From contig JACPMJ010000005.1 in the NCBI GenBank assembly GCA_016186045.1, positions 7,143-71,142 of the forward strand: DNA of 64,000 nucleotides. Reading direction: 5' to 3'. The position numbers were made by a program, and so were the translations under genes. This stretch comes from Candidatus Uhrbacteria bacterium (lineage in GTDB: Bacteria; Patescibacteriota; Patescibacteriia; JACQRZ01). The notes under the pieces are model-generated. The model was not told the DNA's origin and did not search any database. It saw only the letters and a list, made by a program, of their open reading frames with translations. Of this stretch, positions 10,375 to 19,839 are shown in pieces (position 1 is the first letter of the stretch; each line of letters opens with the position of its first letter).

Positions 10375-11561
10375 ATGCTTTTTCGTTTTTTTGCAAATTT
10401 TTTGTCCGATACAAAATATTTTTTACCGCAGTGTGTTTTTCTCATATACGCCAGCATGTTGTTTTTTCCTCTGTATGCATATTCCAGTGATGAAATGGGC
10501 GGAAATGCGGCAGGAGACATGAAAAATACTACGGTCCTTGAGCTTAATCAGCAGATTCAGCAGAAAAAAACAACAATTTCGAATCTTCGGAAGAGGATTG
10601 AGGTATACCAGAGAAATATCAAGATGCGGCAGACAGAAGCGGCAAATCTTGAAAATGAGATAGCGTCCATTGAGGATTCTGTTTCAGAAACAACGCTTGA
10701 CATTGAAGCAACGCAAGCAGAGATAGACCAGCTTGACCTTGAAGTCCAAGAGGCGGAGCTGGAAATAAGTCAGCGGGATGTGGAATCGTCTGTGCAAAAA
10801 GAAAAGGTGGGGGAATTTTTGCGGACCATTTATGAAGAAAACCAGCGGGATACTGTTGAACTCTTTTTTTCCAGCGAGAATTTCAGCGATTTTTTTAATC
10901 AAGTGCAGTATTTGGAATATGCGCACTCAGAACTTTATCGCACGCTGATGCGTATCAAGCAGCTCAAAGAACAGCTTACAAATCAACGGAGCGCGCTTGA
11001 AGAAAATAAAAAACGGCAAAGCGAACTCAAGACAAAACTCCTTGCAAAAAAAGATGAACTTGAAGATAAGAAAACCACCAAAGAGCATCTTATAGCTCAA
11101 TCCATTCTTTCCAAAGAGAAGTTTCAGCAGTTGCTCGCGGAAGCGCGAAAAGAGCAGCAGCAGATTGACAACGATATCGTGTATCTGGAGCGGAGTATTT
11201 TCATGATCCGTCATATCCGTATCGGTACGTCTATGAACATCCAGCTGTGGATATTCGGGCGTACCAAGGGACATCCATACAAGCGGCTGAAGCAGGATAT
11301 GTGGCACGCACAAAAAACGGCGGGGCAAAAGGGTATAGCTATATTATGATTCTCCATGACAGTGGTCTCGCCACAGTCTATGGACATGTGAACATAATAT
11401 TGGTTTCACAAGATACGTATGTGAAAAAAGGACAGGCGATAGCGCTTTCCGGCGGTAAACCCGGTACGGTAGGGGCCGGACCGCTGACTACCGGCCCGCA
11501 TCTTCATTTTGAGGTGCGTCTCAACGGGATTCCTGTTGATCCGTTGAAATATTTACCATGA
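10375..11561 (+). pseudogene. Coiled-coil + M23 peptidase (EnvC/murein hydrolase activator-like), frameshifted by an internal deletion
   Basis: The coiled-coil frame reads to ...YLERS at ~11195. The M23 domain ([20 protein letters not shown]...YGH...GPHLHFEVR) continues in another frame to 11561. Confidence 0.75.
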
Positions 11562-11585
11562 ATCAGTACTCAGTACTATTCTTGT

Positions 11586-12086
11586 ATGGCAGTTGAAATA
11601 GGCAAAGAATATCAAAAACTATCGCATAAAGAGAGTGAGCGGAAAGTAGAAGAATTTACAACGCGTATTCTTCCCGGTATTTTAAAACGTACAGGACGTT
11701 CGGGTCATTTTCGTCATATGAAGACACAGGAACTTATAGCGCCGTCTCAGATGTCCGATAATATAGAAGAGGACATGAAGCAGTATCGTACATTTACCTT
11801 ACAGCTTCATACGCTCTTGACGCAGAATGAAAAAGGAAAGGTGCGTGAGGCTGATAGAGAAAAAATTCGAGACATGTTTCATACCTATGGCAAAGGTAGG
11901 GAGCAGGGGAAGGTTCATTATTTTATAGAATATCTTAAAAACAAATCAGCACAGATTATTGCTGCGCTTGAATTAATGTTGGATGGGTATATTCCCCAAG
12001 AACGTCTTTCACAAGAAATACGAAAAGTACTCTCTGAACTAAGTGGTAAAGAAATAACACTCAAGAAAAAGTCAGCAGTGAAATAA
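11586..12086 (+). CDS. Hypothetical protein
   Basis: 166-aa ORF with no recognised motif. Confidence 0.65.
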   Translation: MAVEIGKEYQKLSHKESERKVEEFTTRILPGILKRTGRSGHFRHMKTQELIAPSQMSDNIEEDMKQYRTFTLQLHTLLTQNEKGKVREADREKIRDMFHTYGKGREQGKVHYFIEYLKNKSAQIIAALELMLDGYIPQERLSQEIRKVLSELSGKEITLKKKSAVK

Positions 12087-12229
12087 AATAAAAAATAACC
12101 TGGGAGTTTTTCTCGTCAGAACCAGATTAAATATTGTGCGACGCATAATATCACGAGTGGTTTTTTAGGGAGTTTTTTACCTATCTTGATTCTTTTTTTA
12201 TTTTACGGTAAGGTCAATGAAGTCGTTCT

Positions 12230-13231
12230 TTGACTCACAAAGGAGAGAAAGAAAGCGTGGATACCCAGGGACATAAAAAGACGCGCAAGGTGAGGAACAA
12301 TGGTGTGTCTCGGTCGAGGCAATATTACGGTCCGTCAAAAAAATACGAGTATAACGGACATACCTACGATGCCTATGGTGAAGTTCGTCTCGCAAAAATA
12401 TTCACCGAGCAGATGGATCCTCCCGTCGCATTTACCCCTCATGTTCGTGAAAGGTGTGCTGATCTTGACGGGGAGTTTGACTATGAGGTGGATTTTCGGA
12501 CCGAACGAGAAGTAAAATTTCCCGGCATGGGATTTGGCGCGCGTTATTTTGAGGTGAAGGGGTTTCTCTCTCGGAAATTCATCAGAAAGATGCGCGCGCT
12601 CGAGAACAAGACCGGACACAAGGGGTGGATCATGCTTCCCGGCCATTTGAATTTCATCGAAAAACCGGGAGGTACCGAATGGACAAGAGAAGATTTCATA
12701 AGCTTTGAACCGCCGAATTTCGGTAAGAATTCCGATAGCGACGCGATTGAAGAACTAAGAAAACTTCTCATCAAGGAGAGGATCTCCTTCAAAGAGTCCG
12801 CGGAATTTGAATGTATCGCATGGAAAGGCGAAGAGCTCATACGATTTACCTTCGTTGGGCACTTCTATTTTCCGGAACCGATCAAACTTTTTGGTATTCC
12901 ACATCCGGTACAGATACTTCGTGTGGTGGATGAGCTGACAAAAAATGAGATCATCGCGATGGAGTCGCTCACCGCGAGCGCCGAAGTGAATGGCTATCTC
13001 ACTTTGAAAACGCACGTCTACACATGGAAGAAAGAGGGTCTCGTCAAGCGTGGACGTCATCGGCCGGTACGGTCAATTCCCGGACCGATCATGGAGTCAC
13101 ACAATGGCTCTTCAAGGGAAAAAAAAGAGCAGACGGAGAAGGGTTGCGGCAAGGAAAAGTGTAAAAAAAGAAGGAGCGGCAGTAAAAACGGCAGTAAAAA
13201 TAGTAGAGGTACGCCGACCACCATTTCGTAA
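12230..13231 (+). CDS. Putative PD-(D/E)xK nuclease-fold protein with two tandem domains (T7 endonuclease I-like)
   Basis: E...YEVDF...YFEVKG motif in domain 1 and a degenerate second copy. A terminator-like hairpin follows at ~13241-13270. The start may be the GTG at 12257. Confidence 0.55.
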   Translation: MTHKGEKESVDTQGHKKTRKVRNNGVSRSRQYYGPSKKYEYNGHTYDAYGEVRLAKIFTEQMDPPVAFTPHVRERCADLDGEFDYEVDFRTEREVKFPGMGFGARYFEVKGFLSRKFIRKMRALENKTGHKGWIMLPGHLNFIEKPGGTEWTREDFISFEPPNFGKNSDSDAIEELRKLLIKERISFKESAEFECIAWKGEELIRFTFVGHFYFPEPIKLFGIPHPVQILRVVDELTKNEIIAMESLTASAEVNGYLTLKTHVYTWKKEGLVKRGRHRPVRSIPGPIMESHNGSSREKKEQTEKGCGKEKCKKRRSGSKNGSKNSRGTPTTIS

Positions 13232-13368
13232 CTGCACAGAGGGCTTTAGTGAGAAAGAAAGCCCTTTTTTTAATGTTTATAAAAAAATCAAAAAAGGAGA
13301 AAGGGGTATTGTGTTATTCTTTATCTTATTATAGAATGGACGAGTGCTGAAACAAAGGAGAGAGCGAG

Positions 13369-13557
13369 TTGAAACAAGCCATTTCTTTTATTCTTGGGAC
13401 CCTTCTTATCATTATTGCAATAGAAGAGGGAGGTAAATCGCTTGCGTCGGCATGTATCGCCTTCGCCGGATTAGCCGGTATCATTTTTGCGATAGTTTCT
13501 TCCGCAATGAATTCAATCCAAAGAAGCTTTGAGCGCATGATCGGCTTTGACGAATAA
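13369..13557 (+). CDS. Small two-TM membrane protein
   Basis: AGGAG RBS before a TTG start and two hydrophobic segments. Confidence 0.55.
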   Translation: MKQAISFILGTLLIIIAIEEGGKSLASACIAFAGLAGIIFAIVSSAMNSIQRSFERMIGFDE

Positions 13558-13574
13558 TAACGTCAAAAGATATT

Positions 13575-13874
13575 GTGCGACACAAGAAAGAAGGAGGAGA
13601 AAAGGTGACAAAGGAAGAGGTTCTCGTTATTTTGAATAAAAGAATATGGGAGATTCAAAGAACACCGTATGATACTACAAATAAGCCACGCGGTCAAGTC
13701 TCCGGAGATTTATTCGAACTTGCAGGAGAGTTAGAGACGCTCCTATGGGTTTGTCAGCTCGTAAGACAAATAGAGATTCCAGAGTCGGTCGCACCTTCAC
13801 CGGTCAATGAACAAAATTCCGTAGCCACTGGATGGCAGGCGGCGGTCACCGGAGAGCTTAAGCAGAAAAGATGA
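13575..13874 (+). CDS. Hypothetical protein
   Basis: ORF with a strong GGAGG RBS before the GTG at 13605. A terminator hairpin follows at ~13900-13931. Confidence 0.6.
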   Translation: MRHKKEGGEKVTKEEVLVILNKRIWEIQRTPYDTTNKPRGQVSGDLFELAGELETLLWVCQLVRQIEIPESVAPSPVNEQNSVATGWQAAVTGELKQKR

Positions 13875-14084
13875 CCCAGAGGTCATTCGAATTAACCACA
13901 GCGCGAATAAAAAGCATATTCGCGCTTTTTTATTTGAGGGTATTATCCACAGTTTTTTAGTGTTTTTTATGCTATACTTAACTGGGTATAATATCTCAAA
14001 CGCTCAGTAAAATGGATATTTGTAAAACTGACGGTGTGTTATCAAAGAAAGCCCTTCCCCTTTCCATATAACAGTCAAAATAAT

Positions 14085-15029
14085 ATGCTCCCCCTCTTTG
14101 ATGATTTCATCCTCCATTTGCAAGTAAATAATTATTCGAATGAGACGATCTATAATTATGAACGTGATCTTCGCGTATTTGAGATTTTTCTTATTGAGGA
14201 TGCACGGATTAATGACTTCTCCTGTGTTACAAAACAGACCATTGAGAGGTATAAGGCATATTTGAACTCCCGCGATAGAAAAACCGCCATTGGAGATAAG
14301 AAAAAAAGCGATTTAAGTTCATTTTCAAAAAATAGATTTTTTTCTTCTTTGCGCGGGTATCTGAAATATCTTATTGAGATGGATGTCAAAACTCCGATCC
14401 TGCCGGAAAACATACATCTCATAAAAACAGAGAAGAAAGTACCAAAAGTTGCCGAGCTTGCCGAGCTTGTCCGTCTCATAGAATTTCCCAGCTCTTTTGA
14501 AAAAAATATAAAAGTAGCGAAGAGAAACAGAGCGATGCTTGAGATACTTTTTTCGACCGGTTTACGTATCTCTGAATTAGTGAGTCTTAAAAAAGATCAT
14601 TTGGATTCGCGAGGAAGAATCTTTGTCATGGGAAAGGGGAAAAAAGAACGTTTTGCATATCTCACGCCACGTGCGATTGATCATCTGAAAGAGTATGTAG
14701 CGCTCAGAAAAGATACTATCCCCTATTTGTTCATTCCATACCGGGGAAGTCGGCTATCAAGCAATAAAGCGTGCATATCCACAAATTATCTTCAGGAAAA
14801 AATTAAGCGGTATCGGGAGATGTTGGGCATGAACATTCCCACATCCGCCCATTCTTTGCGGCACGGTTTTGCCACGTATTTAGCAGAATCCGGAGCAAAT
14901 CCAGCCGCGATACAAATTCTTCTCGGACATGAATCACTTGACACGACCACACGATATGTGCACGCTTCAGATAGATACGCGGAAAAGACGCACAGGACAT
15001 TTCATCCGCTCAAAAAAAGAACGGGTTAG
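14085..15029 (+). CDS. Tyrosine recombinase, XerC/XerD family
   Basis: SAM-like N domain, TGLRISEL, GKGKKER, HSLRH and LLGH..LDTTTRY. Confidence 0.92.
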   Translation: MLPLFDDFILHLQVNNYSNETIYNYERDLRVFEIFLIEDARINDFSCVTKQTIERYKAYLNSRDRKTAIGDKKKSDLSSFSKNRFFSSLRGYLKYLIEMDVKTPILPENIHLIKTEKKVPKVAELAELVRLIEFPSSFEKNIKVAKRNRAMLEILFSTGLRISELVSLKKDHLDSRGRIFVMGKGKKERFAYLTPRAIDHLKEYVALRKDTIPYLFIPYRGSRLSSNKACISTNYLQEKIKRYREMLGMNIPTSAHSLRHGFATYLAESGANPAAIQILLGHESLDTTTRYVHASDRYAEKTHRTFHPLKKRTG

Positions 15030-15272
15030 AAACTATTTAACATACGTGTGCAAATAAAAACAGAAGCTATTGTGCTTCTGTGTCTGTGAGATTCAAAGCG
15101 TTCTCTGCTCTTTACGCTTTTTTTCTATATACTGCAGGAGCTTTCGCATTTCTTTTTCTGGGAGATTGCCGTGGTACTCCCCCGGAAAAAAAAGTTGATG
15201 AGGCGGCATGATTCGGATAGGAAGATCTTTCTGCGGATAAAGCAGAGGGAGAATATCCATGGCATGCATCCT

Positions 15273-16313
15273 CTAATTTGACGGAAGATCCGCGCGCGAA
15301 CTGATGACTGTGAACTTTCCGTTCCACATCAGTGCGGATTGTTCGCGTATGGCTTTTTTTGAGATGCCCTGTGCCATGCGTGCGTAGGCTGACTTTATAT
15401 CAGCCACTTTCACCTGTGCCACCTCTCGCTTAAATGCGGCGTCAAAGACTTCCTTGAGATAGCGCTCGATGGTGTCGATCGGCCTCTCATTCTTTTCATG
15501 CCGCATCCAGGGATTCTTCTCATCTTTGTATGTGGCGATAATCTGGTTTGGATCATCAACACAACAAGTGACCAAAGCGCTGATTTGTGCCTTCACCTCC
15601 ACGCCGTCCGCCGTCCTGCTGGACACGTCCATTACCACTTCTTGCTTTTGTGGAATAGAGACGATTTTGCTGAATAGCGGTACCGCGTACATGGTGCCGG
15701 TTGATCCGGTGGTCTTGTTTCCAATGATCCAGACCTTGCCCTCAAGCGGCGCGGAAAAGACACAAGAAGAGATCGCGAGCGTCACGATCGCCGGTCCAAG
15801 GACGACGTTGAATCGGTGAGGAAAATCCTTCTGTCCTTCCTTGGGATACCAATAATCCCTGAGATCGGAGAGAAGGAATACTGCGAGATACGGAAGCGTG
15901 AATACCGCGGCAAGACCAGTGACAGTGCGTAGAAATCCTTCCGTGGAAATCTGCTGGATTACGGTGAACAGCAGAAGTCCTAGAAGGCACAGAAGGATCA
16001 CTTGGGAAAATCTCGAATTCTGTATGGCTGTACGCACGGGTGTCCTCCCCTTTCTTGTGGTGCCGGTGAGCGCCGGCTTGAAGCGATCCCAGAATGATTG
16101 TGGCGCCCCGGTGGCTGCGTCTTCTTCTTGGGAAATGGTGTCGGCCTCCTCTGGATGCGTTTCCAAATTTTCCGAATTTGGATCTTCAGAGATCTGGGAT
16201 TTCCCCTTCCTTAAAAAAGGCGGGAGATCATCAAGATTTGGAACACCCTGCTCTTCTGTGTCTTCTAGACTCTTTTTGCCGTCATTTTTTCTGGAACGGC
16301 CGGTGTTGCGCAT
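15273..16313 (-). CDS. Membrane protein with an SPFH/band-7-like C-terminal region
   Basis: Three TM segments followed by ...VSSRTADGVEVKAQIS.... The start at 16313 follows an AAGGAAGG RBS. Confidence 0.55.
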   Translation of the reverse strand: MRNTGRSRKNDGKKSLEDTEEQGVPNLDDLPPFLRKGKSQISEDPNSENLETHPEEADTISQEEDAATGAPQSFWDRFKPALTGTTRKGRTPVRTAIQNSRFSQVILLCLLGLLLFTVIQQISTEGFLRTVTGLAAVFTLPYLAVFLLSDLRDYWYPKEGQKDFPHRFNVVLGPAIVTLAISSCVFSAPLEGKVWIIGNKTTGSTGTMYAVPLFSKIVSIPQKQEVVMDVSSRTADGVEVKAQISALVTCCVDDPNQIIATYKDEKNPWMRHEKNERPIDTIERYLKEVFDAAFKREVAQVKVADIKSAYARMAQGISKKAIREQSALMWNGKFTVISSRADLPSN

Positions 16314-16462
16314 GAGAAACCTTCCTTTCTTGTATCTGAAAAACGGAATGATGCCAATAGTGAGAATGAACGTAGGTGCAGGTACCTTAGCATAAAATTT
16401 CCTTTTTGTCAAGGGGGACGCCTTTATGCAGCGTCTGAGTAAAATTTCATTATAAATAAGCG

Positions 16463-17602
16463 TCAAAACATCATTTTTGTTTCACGAAGTCGTCTCATGT
16501 GTTGGAGTTCTTGCCAGTCTTGCCATGACCGATTAACGTATTGAAGAATCTCTTTTTTGAATCGGTCCGCGCTGAATTTCAGCGCATAATTTCTGATGAT
16601 CTGGGGAGAAAACTGATCTGGCTTAAATCTGATGACCGCGTCAATAAGCGCGGCATAATCCTGATCAAAAAAGAAGACGCCGGTTACCTTATCCACAATA
16701 GTCTCCAGAGCGCCGCCTGCGGCAAGGGCGATCACTGGTTTGCCAGATGCCATCGCCTCAATGGCGGTAATACCAAAATCCTCTTCCTGTGGGTGGAGAT
16801 ATGCGATACAGTTTTTGTACAGTTCAGCACGCACCGGGTCTGAAACCGCTCCGGTGAATATTATATTTTTTTTTGCATATGAGCGGAGTTTTTTATATTC
16901 CGGCCCTTCGCCAAATATGTTTAGTGGCAATCCAAGCCTGTTAAACGCCTGGACAATAAGATCAAACCGCTTATAGGAAACTAGCCGTCCGCCCGCCAAA
17001 TAGTGCTCCCCCGCCCTATTGGACATTGAAAATTTGTCAAGTTCAACCGGCGGATAGATGATGTCGCTCTCTCTCCGATAATATTTTTTTATCCGTTCTT
17101 GAACTGTTCGAGAATTTGCAATGAATTTATCCACACGATCAGCGGCTGAGCGGTCCCATATGCGTAGTCCGCTCAAAAGAAACGGCACTGCTCGTTTGAG
17201 CGCGCGCGGCTGGTGCAGTTCCTTCAGATAGCTATGTGTGTCTGTCCAGAGATATCGCGTGGGTGTGTGGCAATAGCAGATGTGAAGCGTAGTGGATTTT
17301 GTGATAATGCCTTTTGCAAATGCAGATGTGCTAGAAAGCACCAAGTCGTATCTACTAAGGTCATACGATTCGGTCGCGTTTGGCATGAGCGGCAAGAGCC
17401 ATTGATATTTTTTTTTCGCAAATGGAATGTTTTGGAGATATGATGGGATGATCTGCGCATGTGGAAAATATTCACCCAAGCGTTTTTTGTCATACACAAG
17501 GGTGAAGATCGGCGCTTTTGGATACAGCTCCGTAAATATTCTCAAAACCCGTTCCGCGCCGCCGAGCTGAGTAAGATGGTCATGGATAAGTGCGACATTC
17601 AT
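16463..17602 (-). CDS. Glycosyltransferase family 4 (GT-B)
   Basis: HDHLTQLGGAERV and EEDFGITAIEAMASGKPVI. Confidence 0.92.
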   Translation of the reverse strand: MNVALIHDHLTQLGGAERVLRIFTELYPKAPIFTLVYDKKRLGEYFPHAQIIPSYLQNIPFAKKKYQWLLPLMPNATESYDLSRYDLVLSSTSAFAKGIITKSTTLHICYCHTPTRYLWTDTHSYLKELHQPRALKRAVPFLLSGLRIWDRSAADRVDKFIANSRTVQERIKKYYRRESDIIYPPVELDKFSMSNRAGEHYLAGGRLVSYKRFDLIVQAFNRLGLPLNIFGEGPEYKKLRSYAKKNIIFTGAVSDPVRAELYKNCIAYLHPQEEDFGITAIEAMASGKPVIALAAGGALETIVDKVTGVFFFDQDYAALIDAVIRFKPDQFSPQIIRNYALKFSADRFKKEILQYVNRSWQDWQELQHMRRLRETKMMF

Positions 17603-19020
17603 ACACGCGACTTTCTGGTTAAAACTTTCAGCGGGGTTTTGCAGAGAATGATAAAATCAATCCATGGCGACCAGTTTTCGATATAGTACATGTCAAGACG
17701 CGCCTCGTCTTCAAAATCAAGGTCGCTCCTGCCCTCTATCTGCGCCATGCCGGTAATGCCGGGCTTGATAGTGAAAAGCGCTCGATGATGTTTTGTATAA
17801 TGTGCCACTTGATTTGGCATATGCGGCCGCGGACCAACTAAACTCATGGATCCAAAAAGTACATTGAAAAGCTGGGGAAGTTCATCCAAGCTAAATCGTT
17901 CCAAAAATCTTCCCACGCGCGTGCGCCGCGGATCATTGAGGACTTTGTATACCGGTCCTTTGCGTTCGCTTTTTTCCTGCGCAAGCTGTTCTTCATACGC
18001 AAGCGCTTTTCCCGTGGCGTCGTATTTTTTTCCAGTACAATATTGGATGTACATAGATCGAAATTTATAGGCAAAAAATGCGCGTTCATCTTTTCCAACA
18101 CGTTCATTAAAATAAAATATCGGTCCGCGAGATTCCAAACGAATAGCGATTGCGATCATAAGGAAGATGGGGAGTAAGGTGATGATAATCATGCATGATA
18201 CGACGATATCAAAAAGCCGCTTCAGGATTTTTCCCCATCCTTCAAGACGCGTCCGTTTAACCTCTACAAGCGGTATGCCCGCAAGCGTGCGCACCTCCAA
18301 GCGTTTACTGCCAAACATGTCAGCGGAATAGCGAAATGGAATATGATGTTCGTTTGCAAAGTTTAGGATCGCATTCAGCATCGCATAATCAGCTGCAGGA
18401 CTGACAAGAAAAATTTCATCGAGTTTTTTGTGCAGTCGCATGGCATGAAGTGATTGCGCGGTTTCATCTGTCCATGCAGCGCACTGAAACACCACTTGGA
18501 ATCCCAGGGATGGCCGATGGTCAATTTCTGAAATAATTGGCGCAATGCGCGCCATATCTCCGATCATGGCGATGGAATGCAAGCCAACGCCGGCTTTGAA
18601 CAGCGCTGTTTCTGTCAGGCGCAAAAGCATGCGTCCCATGCTCACAAAAAGAAAGGAAAGAATCCATGCCGCCAGTACGATAAAGCGTGAGCTGAACAAT
18701 CCGCTGACAAAAAAGAGATACACCAGAATAAACATCATGCCTGTTGAGCAGGCGATGCATATCTTTTGTATCTCATTCCGTATCTTATAATGACCAATGG
18801 CATACAGTCCTGTCAGTGCAAAGACCGCGAGGAAGAAAAGCGAAACAGTCAGGAGTATCTGTGTGTACTGCGCGAGCGGAATTTCAAAAATCGCAGGACG
18901 GATGTCTGTTAACGCTTGGAAACGTAAAAAATACGCGGCATATCCTGCCGCGATCAACATACAAAAATCCAGTGGGACACGCAAGACGGTAAAAACAAGA
19001 TCGGTGCGGTTCATAGACAT
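17599..19020 (-). CDS. Polyprenyl glycosylphosphotransferase (bacterial sugar transferase)
   Basis: KRLFDI, YKFRSM, DPRRTRVGRFL, SLDELPQL, MSLVGPRP and KPGITG. Confidence 0.93.
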   Translation of the reverse strand: MSMNRTDLVFTVLRVPLDFCMLIAAGYAAYFLRFQALTDIRPAIFEIPLAQYTQILLTVSLFFLAVFALTGLYAIGHYKIRNEIQKICIACSTGMMFILVYLFFVSGLFSSRFIVLAAWILSFLFVSMGRMLLRLTETALFKAGVGLHSIAMIGDMARIAPIISEIDHRPSLGFQVVFQCAAWTDETAQSLHAMRLHKKLDEIFLVSPAADYAMLNAILNFANEHHIPFRYSADMFGSKRLEVRTLAGIPLVEVKRTRLEGWGKILKRLFDIVVSCMIIITLLPIFLMIAIAIRLESRGPIFYFNERVGKDERAFFAYKFRSMYIQYCTGKKYDATGKALAYEEQLAQEKSERKGPVYKVLNDPRRTRVGRFLERFSLDELPQLFNVLFGSMSLVGPRPHMPNQVAHYTKHHRALFTIKPGITGMAQIEGRSDLDFEDEARLDMYYIENWSPWIDFIILCKTPLKVLTRKSRV

Positions 19021-19030
19021 GTGTCATGTC

Positions 19031-19698
19031 GTTTTTTGACAACATGGCGCACCACATAAGCCGAATTCTGTATCCATCATCCGCCTCCGCCAGTTGGCGG
19101 ATAGCGGAGGTGGATGGTGACCATCACTCTATCTTCATGATTACCCATGAAGTATTGCGAGCGTCTATTGCTCTTGCATCTGGTAGGTGTTTGCCAAGCT
19201 GACACATCACTATGCCACTGGTGCGCTCTTACCGCATTTTGCATATTCTTTTTTAACTAGGAGAGTTTAAAGAACGATTTTGAATATGCAAGTATTTATT
19301 TGCGTCAACCCTTATTCGGGTATCCACACCATTTCACCCTTACCCATAGCCATCGCCTGGGCGGTATGTTGTTTCATTCAAATCATCCAAATGAAACCTT
19401 TGCGCATTCGCAAAGCTTTTCTGTTGCTCCCCTGTTTCTGAAAAATCAGAAACAGCGAAATTTGGCTCGTAAAAACCAAGACACTATCCCGTATGCCAGT
19501 CCCCTGCTTTTTTGAATAAGAAAAGGGTATTCCCCTCGTCTTGATCACATAAAAAAGAAAGAAAAAGCCATAGGTCGCTGTTAGCGACTACCCTGTTGTC
19601 CGGCAGTGCCGGACAGATGTTCGGACTTTCCTCCCCTGAATATGGAAATATATCCATTTCAAGGGCGATCACCGTGGTGCGCCATGTTGTCAAAAAAC
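19031..19698 (-). ncRNA. rnpB: RNase P RNA, unusually long (~670 nt)
   Basis: GAGGAAAGTCC near the 5' end, GGTAAGGGTGAAA and CGGTAAGAGCGCACC internally, and ACAGAATTCGGCTTA near the 3' end. Perfect 25-bp terminal helix 19031-19055 / 19674-19698. Confidence 0.93.
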
Positions 19699-19709
19699 AG
19701 TATGAGATT

Positions 19710-19738
19710 ACTATAGTACTATAGAGAAGAAAAGTCAA
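19710..19738 (-). promoter_or_regulatory. Sigma70 promoter of rnpB
   Basis: TTGACT-17 nt-TATAGT, 11 nt upstream of the P1 helix. Confidence 0.65.
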
Positions 19739-19747
19739 GGATGTGAA

Positions 19748-19782
19748 AAGAAAAAGCTACCTCGCGCGCTGGCGGGTAGCTT
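19748..19782 (-). terminator. Intrinsic terminator after the vWA gene
   Basis: AAGCTACC...GGTAGCTT stem followed by a T-tract on the minus strand. Confidence 0.6.
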
Positions 19783-19839
19783 GAGTGTCATTTCGATCCG
19801 CCAGCTGGCGGAGAGAAATTCCGACGATTCAGTATGACG

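Noticed and set aside
14085-15029. Tyrosine recombinase as a prophage or island integrase
   Set aside because: It looks like a chromosomal XerC/D-type enzyme. I found no duplicated tRNA 3' end, att pair or phage genes.
19300-19738. Short ORFs 19300..19515 and 19484..19738
   Set aside because: They overlap the RNase P RNA gene.
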